Source: an uncultured Alphaproteobacteria bacterium
Lineage (GTDB): Bacteria; Pseudomonadota; Alphaproteobacteria; Rhizobiales; Xanthobacteraceae
DNA length: 64,000 nt
Assembly (NCBI GenBank): GCA_963761185.1
Contig: CAVXFY010000009.1
Coordinates: 469,109 to 533,108 of the forward strand
Reading direction: 5' to 3'
Position numbers and translations under genes: made by a program. The notes below the pieces were generated by a model. The model did not search any database. It saw nothing but the letters and a program-made list of their open reading frames with translations, and was not told where the DNA came from. This document shows, in pieces, positions 1 through 7,807 of the stretch. Within the stretch, counting starts at the first letter, position 1, and each line of letters starts with the position of its first letter.

Positions 1-267
1 ATTAGTCAAAAGCCAGATCGCGCCGAACCAAACGCGCAACGGCAACTTTGAATTTTCGAAGATCGTCCCGACCACGATCGAGAAGTTTTTTCGGCATTGA
101 GCACAGCGATAAATGTTCTCCCGTTTGAGGCCATAAACCTTGTCATGGCCGCAGTGCGGGCAGAACTCGCCGTCACGCCATCGGATACTTTTGAAGTGGC
201 TTAGCGCTACTTTGTAGTCACGGAAATCGTTACTCAATTCCGCTAGTGTTTTGAATGACTTAAGCAT
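1..267 (-). CDS. IS1595-family transposase, N-terminal fragment (runs off the window edge)
   Basis: The reverse complement from the ATG at 267 reads MLKSFKTLAELSNDFRDYKVALSHFKSIRWRDGEFCPHCGHDKVYGLKRENIYRCAQCRKNFSIVVGTIFENSKLPLRVWF. The CxxC...CxxC zinc ribbon is typical of IS1595/ISXO2-like transposases. The frame stays open to position 1. It is absent from the ORF track because it is partial. Confidence 0.7.
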   Translation of the reverse strand, partial: MLKSFKTLAELSNDFRDYKVALSHFKSIRWRDGEFCPHCGHDKVYGLKRENIYRCAQCRKNFSIVVGTIFENSKLPLRVWFGAIWLLTN

Positions 268-460
268 TTGTCAAGCGCCCATGTTTCCGTCGAATCTTCT
301 AAAAACCATTATATATCAACGGAAAATAGTGTCAACAGCTATATAGGTCCCTTCGCAATCGCATGTAACAGAAATGGTGACTTATGTCAAGAAGTCATGA
401 TAACGGCGACCGACGCCTATAAGACCGGCAACGTCGGGAAAAACGTGCTAGTGTTCGAGC

Positions 461-682
461 ATGGTCAAGACGCTAGAAATCGCGATCAATAAAGCGACCG
501 CCCTTCCGGAGGCGGCGCAGGAACAGCTCGGCAGAGAACTTCTAGAGCGCATCGAGGCGCTGAAGAATTTGCGCGCCGAAATCGAGCTCGGGGTCCGCGA
601 GTTGGATGCCGGGTTGGGTGAAGCGCTCGATGTAGAAGAACTGCTTCGGCAAATCCACAGAGAGCATGGCGGCAAAGCTTAG
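461..682 (+). CDS. type II antitoxin (ParD-like C-terminal region)
   Basis: 73-aa ORF that overlaps the downstream ParE/RelE-like toxin by 17 nt. The C-terminal LRAEIELGVRELDAG...EELLRQI resembles ParD-type antitoxins. Size and position are typical of an antitoxin. Confidence 0.65.
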   Translation: MVKTLEIAINKATALPEAAQEQLGRELLERIEALKNLRAEIELGVRELDAGLGEALDVEELLRQIHREHGGKA

Positions 683-983
683 GCATGTGGTCTGGGCCCC
701 GCGCGCAAAACGCGATTTGGCCGATGTCTGGAGCTATTACGCGCGAGTCGCATCTGTTGAAGTCGCCGACAAGCTTTTGCGTGATATCAACGACGCAGCG
801 GCACGATTATCCACGGACGCTCTCAGATGGAGAGCGCGCGACGAATTGATGCCGGGATTACGATCAACGCTGGTCCACCCATACGTCATATTCTATCGGA
901 TAAAAGACGAGACAATTCAGATCGTGCGCGTTCTGCATGGACGCAGGAATTTTCCTGCAATTCTTTCCAAGACAGAGCGCTGA
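666..983 (+). CDS. type II toxin, RelE/ParE family
   Basis: 105 aa. WAPRAKRDLADVWSYY...HPYVIFYRI.DETIQIVRVLHGRRNF is the classic ParE/RelE fold signature. It overlaps the upstream antitoxin. Confidence 0.8.
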   Translation: MAAKLRHVVWAPRAKRDLADVWSYYARVASVEVADKLLRDINDAAARLSTDALRWRARDELMPGLRSTLVHPYVIFYRIKDETIQIVRVLHGRRNFPAILSKTER

Positions 984-1016
984 TTGTGGAGCGAGTTAGG
1001 GGCGAACGGACCAGCT

Positions 1017-1430
1017 ATGGATTTTGTTTTTGACCAAGAGAAGCGGGTTGCCATCGATCCGCAGCGTGGAATCTCCGTCCACGTGACGGACCTTAGGGAC
1101 GATACCTATCCCATTCTGGCGTTTCAGTACGAAAGCACTCAACTATCCTTCAAATTTTATGCGGTAATCCGCTCGGAACGGCGCACATATTCTTGGAACG
1201 GGAAGACTCACGATCGCGCCCTGCCTCTTGAGATTGACATTCTTGAGCCTTCCGTGAAATCCGGCCTCAGCAGAGTCACAGGTGCGCCAAACTCTTCGGA
1301 AGAATACGAAGGGCTAAAGAACATATTGAAGAAAGCCATGACCGCATATGGCGTTCCTCGACACTTAGATAACTCGCCTATTTTTCCAGAGTTTGAAGTG
1401 AGGTTTGTCGAGAAGGCGATTAACACGTAG
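1017..1430 (+). CDS. hypothetical protein (lower-GC orphan directly after parE)
   Basis: The frame is open from 984 (TTG), with the first ATG at 1017. I recognise no family. GC is visibly lower than in the rest of the window. Confidence 0.45.
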   Translation: MDFVFDQEKRVAIDPQRGISVHVTDLRDDTYPILAFQYESTQLSFKFYAVIRSERRTYSWNGKTHDRALPLEIDILEPSVKSGLSRVTGAPNSSEEYEGLKNILKKAMTAYGVPRHLDNSPIFPEFEVRFVEKAINT

Positions 1431-1500
1431 GGCGGATTTGCGAAGCGTAATCCGCCATTCAATCGACGAGGCGGCGGATTACGCCTTTGGCTAATCCGCC
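1431..1500. repeat. REP family F (two hairpins: GGCGGATT..AATCCGCC and GGCGGATTACGCCTTTGGCTAATCCGCC)
   Basis: Perfect hairpins lie at 1431-1456 and 1473-1500. A second copy with the same architecture lies at 42655-42721. Confidence 0.65.
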
Positions 1501-1504
1501 CTTG

Positions 1505-2680
1505 TCATAGCGAAAACAATTATTGTCGGGGTGTTCCGAAAGGAATGCTCTGCCGCGGACGGCCATCCGCGGCAGAGCGGCTGGCGATCGGATCGAATCC
1601 ACCCTGAGCAGTTTTGTTGCTGCCCCGTAGCGTGATCGCGTCAGCGCCTTCATCGGACCCGGATGGTTGCCGGAACTCATGGTTCGCTCAACAAGGCGGG
1701 GTCGACGAAGATGACGCAGAATAGCACAACGGCAGGAATCGATACATCGAAAGCCAAACTCGACATCGCGGTTCACGGTAGGACCGAGCGCTGGCAAGTC
1801 GACAACGCAGTGTTCGGTTGGCGGCGTCTCGCGGCCGATCTCTCTCGGGCTGGGGTCACGCGGGTCGGCATCGAAGCCAGCGGCGGTTACGAAAGCGGTG
1901 TAGTCGGCTATTTGCGGGACAAGGGCTTCGTGGTTCTGATGCTGCAGCCGATCCAGGTCAAAGCCTATGCGCGCGTGCATCTGCGCCGGGCCAAGAACGA
2001 CAAGCTCGATGCGGCTCTCATCGCCGCCTGCGCGGCAACGATCGAGCGGCCACGCATCGAGCCGGACGAACGTTTGGCAAAGTTGGCGCACCATCTGACC
2101 TTCGTCGAACAGATCGAAGAGGACATCGCCCGCCTCAAGGTCCGGCTCGAGCACGTCGGGGATCTGCGGCTACGTCGCATGGTCGTGGCCGACATCGCCC
2201 GCTTGAAGGTGCGACGATCGGCCGAACTGCTGCGCATCGTCTCAGCGCTGCGCCGTTATCATGACCTCGCCCGCCGTTTCGACCTGGTGCTAAGCATCCC
2301 CGGCCTGGGTGAGCGTACCGCTATCGCTCTCATCGTCCGCATGCCCGAACTCGGCCGCATCAGCCGCGAGGAAGTTGCCGCGCTGGCCGGTCTCGCGCCC
2401 TACGACGACGACAGCGGAAAGCATAAGGGTCAACGGCATATCGCCGGCGGACGGGGACGTCTGCGCCGCTCGCTGTTCGCCGCGGCGCTGCCGGCCGCCT
2501 TCCGCTGGAACAAAGCTTTGGTCGATCTCTACAAGCGCCTCATCGCGAGGGGAAAAGCTCACAACGCGGCCCTCATCGCCTGCGCCAGAAAGCTTCTGAT
2601 CTACGCCAATACTGTCGTCCACCGCGGTACGCCATGGACTGAAACACCGCGCACCGTTTAATGGTTGCTACCGGCTATTA
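1505..2680 (+). mobile_element. IS110-family insertion sequence (boundaries approximate)
   Basis: A single DEDD-type transposase gene follows a roughly 200-nt non-coding 5' region. No terminal inverted repeats are seen, as expected for IS110. The element abuts a REP hairpin pair. Its ends could not be mapped from one copy. Confidence 0.6.
1711..2661 (+). CDS. IS110-family transposase (DEDD recombinase)
   Basis: MTQNSTTAGIDTSKAKLDIAVHG...GIEASGGYE is the N-terminal DEDD domain. IPGLGERTAIALI...LAGLAPYDDDSGKHKG.RHI.GGR..LR..L is the C-terminal IS116/IS110/IS902 domain. The ORF track starts at 1663, but the ATG at 1711 is more plausible. Confidence 0.9.
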   Translation: MTQNSTTAGIDTSKAKLDIAVHGRTERWQVDNAVFGWRRLAADLSRAGVTRVGIEASGGYESGVVGYLRDKGFVVLMLQPIQVKAYARVHLRRAKNDKLDAALIAACAATIERPRIEPDERLAKLAHHLTFVEQIEEDIARLKVRLEHVGDLRLRRMVVADIARLKVRRSAELLRIVSALRRYHDLARRFDLVLSIPGLGERTAIALIVRMPELGRISREEVAALAGLAPYDDDSGKHKGQRHIAGGRGRLRRSLFAAALPAAFRWNKALVDLYKRLIARGKAHNAALIACARKLLIYANTVVHRGTPWTETPRTV

Positions 2681-3079
2681 CCGCCAGCCGAAGAACGAGC
2701 GCGGCGCTTTGGCGGCAGCGCGCGGCGGGGGCGCCGCAACAGCGCGTTGCGGGATGAAAGGCGCGGGCGGCGGAAATTCCAGCTCCGGCAGCAGCAGGTC
2801 GCTCGCCACGCGCAGTAGCGGCTCCGGCAGATCGGTGTCCTCGCGCATGATGCGGCGCCAGATGCGGTAGCTCAGCTCGGTGAATGGAGCGAGGCCGAGG
2901 AACTCGTCGGCGAGGATCTTGCGCATGGCCGCCGTCTGCCGGGCGCTGGCACTGAACGTCACGAGATAAGCATCGACCAGCGTGTCGACTTTGTGCGACA
3001 GGCCGGCGTCTCCTGAGCCGGCGTCGCCTAAATGCACAAGCGCCGCGGCGACGGTGCGCGTGTGATCGAGTCGCTCCAT
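2678..3079 (-). CDS. hypothetical protein (weak call)
   Basis: The ORF is 2678..3196. The part upstream of MERLDH overlaps a REP element, so the start is placed at 3079. No family is recognised, and the C-terminus is low-complexity and ends next to the IS110 right flank. Confidence 0.3.
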   Translation of the reverse strand: MERLDHTRTVAAALVHLGDAGSGDAGLSHKVDTLVDAYLVTFSASARQTAAMRKILADEFLGLAPFTELSYRIWRRIMREDTDLPEPLLRVASDLLLPELEFPPPAPFIPQRAVAAPPPRAAAKAPRSFFGWR

Positions 3080-3170
3080 GAGACGATGCTCCGCGCGCGA
3101 CGGGGCGGAGTCAAAACACAATCGGGAAAAATCCACAGCGTGTGGACAGCGCGAAGGCGGTTCCTCACTC

Positions 3171-3257
3171 GTCATGCCCGCGCTTGTCGCGGGCATCCAC
3201 GTCTTTCGGTTTCGCGGCCGTTAAGTCGTGGATGGCCGCAACAAGTCCGGCCATGAC
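3171..3257. repeat. REP family A (three-hairpin element gtcatgCCCGCG..CGCGGGcatccacgtcttt...gtggatGGCCG..CGGCCatgac)
   Basis: The same roughly 85-nt architecture recurs at 44915-44997 and 46248-46335. Confidence 0.7.
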
Positions 3258-3312
3258 GGCTAAGTGTGGTCGCGATGTAGCGCACCGCAAATTCGCACCC
3301 AGCGGAGAGGCC

Positions 3313-3350
3313 CCCTCACCCCGACCCTCTCCCCGCGTGCGGGGAGAGGG
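3313..3350. repeat. REP family C (ccctcacc..ccctctcccCGC..GCGgggagaggg hairpin)
   Basis: Related palindromes lie at 19098-19143 and 20704-20727. Confidence 0.6.
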
Positions 3351-3361
3351 AGCACGCGGCG

Positions 3362-4711
3362 CTACGTCGGCAGCGGCTTGCCGTTGGTCTCGGGCAGGAA
3401 CGGCGTCACAATGAAGCCGAGCGCGTAGATGCAGGCAATCGTCATCGCGGCGCGGGAAAAGCCGCCGAATTGCGCGATCAGAACGCCGGCATAAAGCGGC
3501 CCGAGAAAGGCGATGAAGCGCGGCGCGTTGAAGGTGAACGCGAGCCCCGTGGCGCGCGAGCGCGTCGGGAACAGTTCCGGCAGCCAGACCGGCATCCAGG
3601 AATATTGCCCGAGCGTGAAGAACGCATTCACCGCCGCAGCCACGAGCAGCAGCGTCAGATCCTGCGTCCACAGGAACAGCACCGGCGTCATCACAAACGC
3701 CATGGCGAAGAAAATCATGACCACGGGCTTGCGCCCGAAGCGATCGGCGAGGAAGCCCAGGCTCGCATAGCCCGCGATGGCGCCGAAATTATAGGCCATG
3801 CCGGCATAGCTCGCCCATTGCGGACCGGGCAGGCCGGCTTTGGCGGCGACCGAGGCGATATAGGGCGGCACCCAGGACGAGATGCCCCACCAGGCGAGCG
3901 TCGTCGTGAGCGACATCAGGAAGACGAGGATGGTGCGCGTGCGCGTCACCGGATCGACGAACAGATCGGCGACGGTGAAGCGGTTGAGCGCCACGTCATG
4001 CGCCGTCAGAGCCGCGCCGAAATCTTTCCGCGCCCGGGCGTCGCGGCGCTGTGCATCGACCTCACGCCAGGCATGCGATTCCTCGATGGAGGTTCTGATC
4101 CACACCGTGAGCAGCGCCGGCAGGATGCCGATGACGAACATGTAGCGCCAGGCATCCGGCCCGTAGGCGGAGACGAACAGCCAGATGAAACTGGCGAGGA
4201 AGAAGCCGATGCCGAGCCCGCATTGCATCAGGCCGGCGCCCTTGCCGCGCGCATTCTGCGGCCAGAGCTCGGCCAGCATCGAGGAGCCGGTCGCCCATTC
4301 CGAGCCGATGGCGATGCCGACCAGAAAGCGCAGCACCGCAAACGAAATCCAGTTGAAGGAGAACGCCGTGAGCCCGGTCATGATCGAATAGGCGAGAATG
4401 GCGTAGATCATGGTGCGGCGGCGGCCGAAATAGTCGGCGAAGATGCCGCCGCAAATGCCGCCGATGCCCCAGCCCAAGAGCGTGATCGAGATCACCGTGC
4501 CGGCGAAAGCGGGCATCTGCGCATATTGCGAGGGTTCGAGCAGCGAATGCATCGCCGGACCGACGGTGAGGATGAGCGCGTAGGTCTCATAGCCGTCGAA
4601 CAGCCAGCCGAGATTGGCGGCGATCAGCGTCTTCCATTGGCTAGAGGTGAGCGACTTGTACCACGGCGCGCCGCCGGCTGCGGTGTTAGAAACATCGGTC
4701 AATTGGGTCAT
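3362..4711 (-). CDS. MFS transporter (sugar/aromatic-acid:H+ symporter-like)
   Basis: The protein has about 12 hydrophobic segments and a GRRRTMIY loop motif. The ATG at 4711 has a GGAGGA RBS 6-7 nt upstream, while the ORF track starts at 4795. Confidence 0.85.
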   Translation of the reverse strand: MTQLTDVSNTAAGGAPWYKSLTSSQWKTLIAANLGWLFDGYETYALILTVGPAMHSLLEPSQYAQMPAFAGTVISITLLGWGIGGICGGIFADYFGRRRTMIYAILAYSIMTGLTAFSFNWISFAVLRFLVGIAIGSEWATGSSMLAELWPQNARGKGAGLMQCGLGIGFFLASFIWLFVSAYGPDAWRYMFVIGILPALLTVWIRTSIEESHAWREVDAQRRDARARKDFGAALTAHDVALNRFTVADLFVDPVTRTRTILVFLMSLTTTLAWWGISSWVPPYIASVAAKAGLPGPQWASYAGMAYNFGAIAGYASLGFLADRFGRKPVVMIFFAMAFVMTPVLFLWTQDLTLLLVAAAVNAFFTLGQYSWMPVWLPELFPTRSRATGLAFTFNAPRFIAFLGPLYAGVLIAQFGGFSRAAMTIACIYALGFIVTPFLPETNGKPLPT

Positions 4712-4900
4712 GTCGTCCTCCCCAGCATTTTGACAACGAGTTGCAGGTTGAACCTGCTTCGACGCCGCAACCTGCGGCGCCGTGCTCGCCTTCACCCTCT
4801 AGCGAAGAGTTTAGCGGAAAGAAACAGGCCGGTCACGACGCAGTCGTGTCGCGCAAGGACCGCCGCCGATCAAGACATGCCGCACTGCAGCAGATTTGTT

Positions 4901-6172
4901 CATTGTTGAACGGCTGCTATTTTGCCTCAGAGAAATTTGAACTCAAGGACGGCCCAAAGGGCCGCCGCGGAACGCGGTGCGCTTCGCGCATCCTGACCTG
5001 GCCCAGACAGATCCGAGACGGCGGCTTGAGTAAAGGCGAGGGGTCTCCGAAGCTGAGAGTTGCGAATCAACCAACCTCAGGAGACCCCCCATGCAGGTTT
5101 TTGACCTGCCGGAACAGATTATCCGAAACGGCCAGGTGGCGTCGCGTCTTCTTGCCGCGAAGACCACAGATATCGAAGCGGCGAGAAGACGCTATGCGGT
5201 GGCGCGCTGGCGCCGGGCTATGGCCGATGGGCTCACGGCAGAACAAGCCGCCAGAGCCGTCGGCATCGCGCGCGCCAATCTCTATCGCTGGGAACAGCGC
5301 GCCGAACCGCGCAGCCGGCGTCCGCACGCGCTGCGCCAGCCGACGTGGCCGCGTGCTCTTGTCATCGCGGTCGAGAAGCTGCGCGCCGACAATCCGATGT
5401 GGGGCAAGCGCAAGCTCGCAGCGCTACTGCGCCGTCAAGGCTGCACCGCCTCGATCTCAACCATCGGACGCATCCTCAAAAAGCTTATGGACCAAGGCCG
5501 TGTCACCCCCATCCCGACGCTCCGCCGCAAACCGGGCGGCCGGCGCTTTCGCTTTACTGCCGGCGAGCGCTACGCCAAGCGTCTGCCCAAAGGGCTCAAG
5601 CCGCAACGGCCCGGCGACATCGTCCAGATCGATACGCTCTTCATCAACATCGCCTCCGACAAAGCCATCAAGCACTTCACCGCCTACGATCCGGTCGCCA
5701 AATAGACCTTCGGCCATGTCGCCAGATTTGCCAAAGCCGCGGCCGCAAAGGCTCTCCTCGACAAGCTCATCGCCGAGGCGCCATTCCCAATCCGCGGCAT
5801 CCAAGTCGACGGCGGCAGCGAGTTTCGCGCCGAGTTCGAGAAAGCCTGCGCCGATAAAGGCCTCGCCCTCTTCGTCTTGCCGCCGAAAAGCCCCAAGCTC
5901 AATGGGGCCGTCGAACGCGCCCAAGGCTCATGGCGCTACGAGTTCTATCAAACCTACGAACTGCCCGAGCGCCTCGATGAGCTGCAGCCCCTCGTCGACG
6001 CCTTCGCCTATCACTTCAATCACCACAGGCCTCACCAAGCTCTTGGCGATCGCACCCCGGCCGAGTATCTCGCTGGTATCAGTCAGGAGACCGCGCCGTC
6101 TCATATGTGCTGAACCCGGTCACATCCTTGACTTCAAATTTCTCTGAGGCACGCTGTGGCCGCGCAACAATG
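4901..6172 (+). mobile_element. IS481-type IS, copy 1 (defective; ends +/-20 nt)
   Basis: Imperfect inverted repeats of about 50 bp: cattgttgaacggctgctattttgcctcagagaaatttgaactcaaggac at 4901 and its complement ending caacaatg at 6172. The core is near-identical to the inverted copy at 9758-11041. Confidence 0.8.
5091..6113 (+). pseudogene. IS481-family (rve/DDE) transposase with a premature TAG
   Basis: Identical in frame to the intact 340-aa copy at 9813..10835, except that TGG (W205) is TAG at 5703-5705. This splits it into ORFs 5091..5705 and 5877..6113. Confidence 0.85.
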
Positions 6173-6216
6173 AATACTTGGCGCTGCAGCAGCGCCCGCC
6201 CTTTTGGCTTATTTCG

Positions 6217-6672
6217 TCATGAGGCCGCCGGCGCCGCAAACGCCGCATCGAGCCGCGCGGCAAATTGCCGTTCCATCTCCTTGGCCTTGGAGCGCAGCAC
6301 TGGCTGGCCGAGACTGCCGAGCTTGCCGGTCAAGGCCGCCTCGACCTCGTAGTCGATCCTCGTGCCCTCACCCATCTCGGTAAGCCGGGTCAGCGACGTC
6401 GCCGTGAGCCGGCCGACGATGCCGAGCGGCGTGCCTTCGACCTTGGCCTCGATCAGGCTCGGCTCTTCGGCGCGCGTGACCTCGACCGCGACCTTGAAGC
6501 TGAATTTCATGTAGGCGACCTTGGTCTCGAACACCGCCGCATAATGGTCGGGCGAGGTCTCCTGCAGATCGCGCACGCCCTCGACGCAGGACGCCAGCAT
6601 GCGCGCGTCGCGCAGCGCCTTGTAGACGTCGGCGCGCGGCACCTTGACCGTCACCTCACCGGTAAATTTCAT
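6217..6672 (-). CDS. SRPBCC-fold protein, CoxG-like (carbon monoxide dehydrogenase subunit G family)
   Basis: MKFTGEVTVKVPRADVYKALRDARMLASCVEGV...KVAYMKFSFKV...GKLGSLGQPVLRSKAKEM matches the CoxG/SRPBCC pattern. Confidence 0.7.
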   Translation of the reverse strand: MKFTGEVTVKVPRADVYKALRDARMLASCVEGVRDLQETSPDHYAAVFETKVAYMKFSFKVAVEVTRAEEPSLIEAKVEGTPLGIVGRLTATSLTRLTEMGEGTRIDYEVEAALTGKLGSLGQPVLRSKAKEMERQFAARLDAAFAAPAAS

Positions 6673-6717
6673 CGGGACTCCATGACTTCCGCTCTCGCCC
6701 GCGGTGAGAGGCCGCTC

Positions 6718-7230
6718 CTACGCGCGCAGCGCCGTGAGCATGTCCTTGATGTATTCGTCGGCGCTGGCGATCACCAGCATCATGGCGTGCGGGCGCAGCT
6801 GCGCGAGCATCTTCGACATGGTCTCGTCGCTCGAGGTCGCGCCGCCGAGGATCAGCGCCGTGGTCATCACATGCTTGACGCTGCAGGCTTCGCTGATAAT
6901 GGCGGCGGCCGCGGCGTTTTCGCCCGTGGTCGCGACCATGACCACGAGATCGGCTGAGTTCACTTCGTCGACCAGATCCTTGGTGCGGCCGGCGAGATCG
7001 TTGAGCCAGCCGTTCATGGAAAACGGCTTGCCCTGCGCCGGCGCGCCGGAAAAGGCCGTTGCCGTGAGGAAGATCGCGCGCTGCCATTGCGCCTTCGCGA
7101 GCTCCTTGACCACCCGCTCGGTCGGCGGATCGAGCGCGATCACCTTGACGGCGCGGGCTTGCGAATTCGGCCGGTCGATGCGGAATTTGGCCTGGGCCGC
7201 TGAGGCCATCCGGGCCGATTCACTGTCCAT
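6718..7230 (-). CDS. hypothetical protein
   Basis: The ATG at 7230 has AGGAG 9 nt upstream. The stretch ADLVVMVATTGENAAAAAIISEACSVKHVMTTALILG loosely recalls the FtsZ/tubulin nucleotide-binding strand-loop but lacks the GGGTG box. Confidence 0.5.
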   Translation of the reverse strand: MDSESARMASAAQAKFRIDRPNSQARAVKVIALDPPTERVVKELAKAQWQRAIFLTATAFSGAPAQGKPFSMNGWLNDLAGRTKDLVDEVNSADLVVMVATTGENAAAAAIISEACSVKHVMTTALILGGATSSDETMSKMLAQLRPHAMMLVIASADEYIKDMLTALRA

Positions 7231-7373
7231 GAGCCACACTCCTGATCCGCCGGCCCGCACTATAGCCGGGGCCTAAAAATATTTCATTATTGGCCGCGTC
7301 TTGTATAAGGGCGCCCGACAAACCCCAGCAAGCCCGGCAACGGCAAATTGCATAGCAGACGAGACTGCCCCTC

Positions 7374-7685
7374 ATGTCCGCAAAACGTATCGATCTCTGC
7401 AGCACCGACGAGGTCGCGCCCGGAGCCGCGCTGAAGGTCGAAATCGACGACCTGGTGCTCGCGGTCTTCAACGTCGACGGCCGGTTTTTCGTCACCGACG
7501 ACACCTGCACCCACGGGCCGGGCTCGCTGTCGGAAGGCTATATCGAGGACGACGTCGTCGAGTGCAACTTCCACAACGGCCAGTTCAATATCCGCACCGG
7601 CGAAGTGGTGTCGCCGCCCTGCATGGTACCGATCAGGACCTATCCGGTGGAAGTGGTCGACGGCAAAGTGACGATCGAGGTGTGA
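7374..7685 (+). CDS. Rieske [2Fe-2S] ferredoxin (non-heme iron oxygenase ferredoxin subunit type)
   Basis: 103 aa carrying both Rieske ligand motifs: CTHGPGSL and CNFHNGQF. Confidence 0.85.
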   Translation: MSAKRIDLCSTDEVAPGAALKVEIDDLVLAVFNVDGRFFVTDDTCTHGPGSLSEGYIEDDVVECNFHNGQFNIRTGEVVSPPCMVPIRTYPVEVVDGKVTIEV

Positions 7686-7745
7686 GGCGCACCTTTACGT
7701 TTTATGGGCCGCGGCCCAACCTACGATATGCGTTGGCGATTTCCA

Positions 7746-7798
7746 GTTGACGAAAGCCCCGCCTCCGGCTTGTTAGGCGTCAACAATTTTGCCGGAGG
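7746..7798 (+). promoter_or_regulatory. structured 5' leader with an SD-sequestering pairing
   Basis: The outer stem is GTTGACG (7746-7752) with CGTCAAC (7778-7784). The inner stem is AAGCC (7754-7758) with GGCTT (7767-7771). CCTCCGGC at 7762-7769 is perfectly complementary to GCCGGAGG at 7792-7799, which contains the GGAGG SD 9 nt before the ATG at 7808. Confidence 0.4.
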
Positions 7799-7807
7799 AA
7801 CGCCCCA

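Noticed and set aside
268-492. 74-aa ORF between the IS1595 fragment and parD
   Set aside because: It is AT-rich with no coding-like composition or RBS. It more likely contains the IS end and the parDE promoter/operator (short inverted repeat TGACTT..AAGTCA near 385-405).
1459-2154. 231-aa ORF antisense to the IS110 transposase
   Set aside because: It is a shadow frame of the well-supported IS110 gene and starts inside the REP hairpins.
3470-4909. Very long ORFs lying antisense to, or overlapping, well-supported genes. Examples: 3470..4909+, 4741..6147+, 9800..10969-, 24647..25963+, 38154..39803+, 41693..43123-, 39897..41156+, 50848..52683+.
   Set aside because: Their products are Arg/Ala/Pro/Gly-rich and low-complexity, with no family resemblance. 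Each lies opposite a gene with clear conserved motifs. This is the typical stop-codon-poor shadow frame of high-GC DNA.
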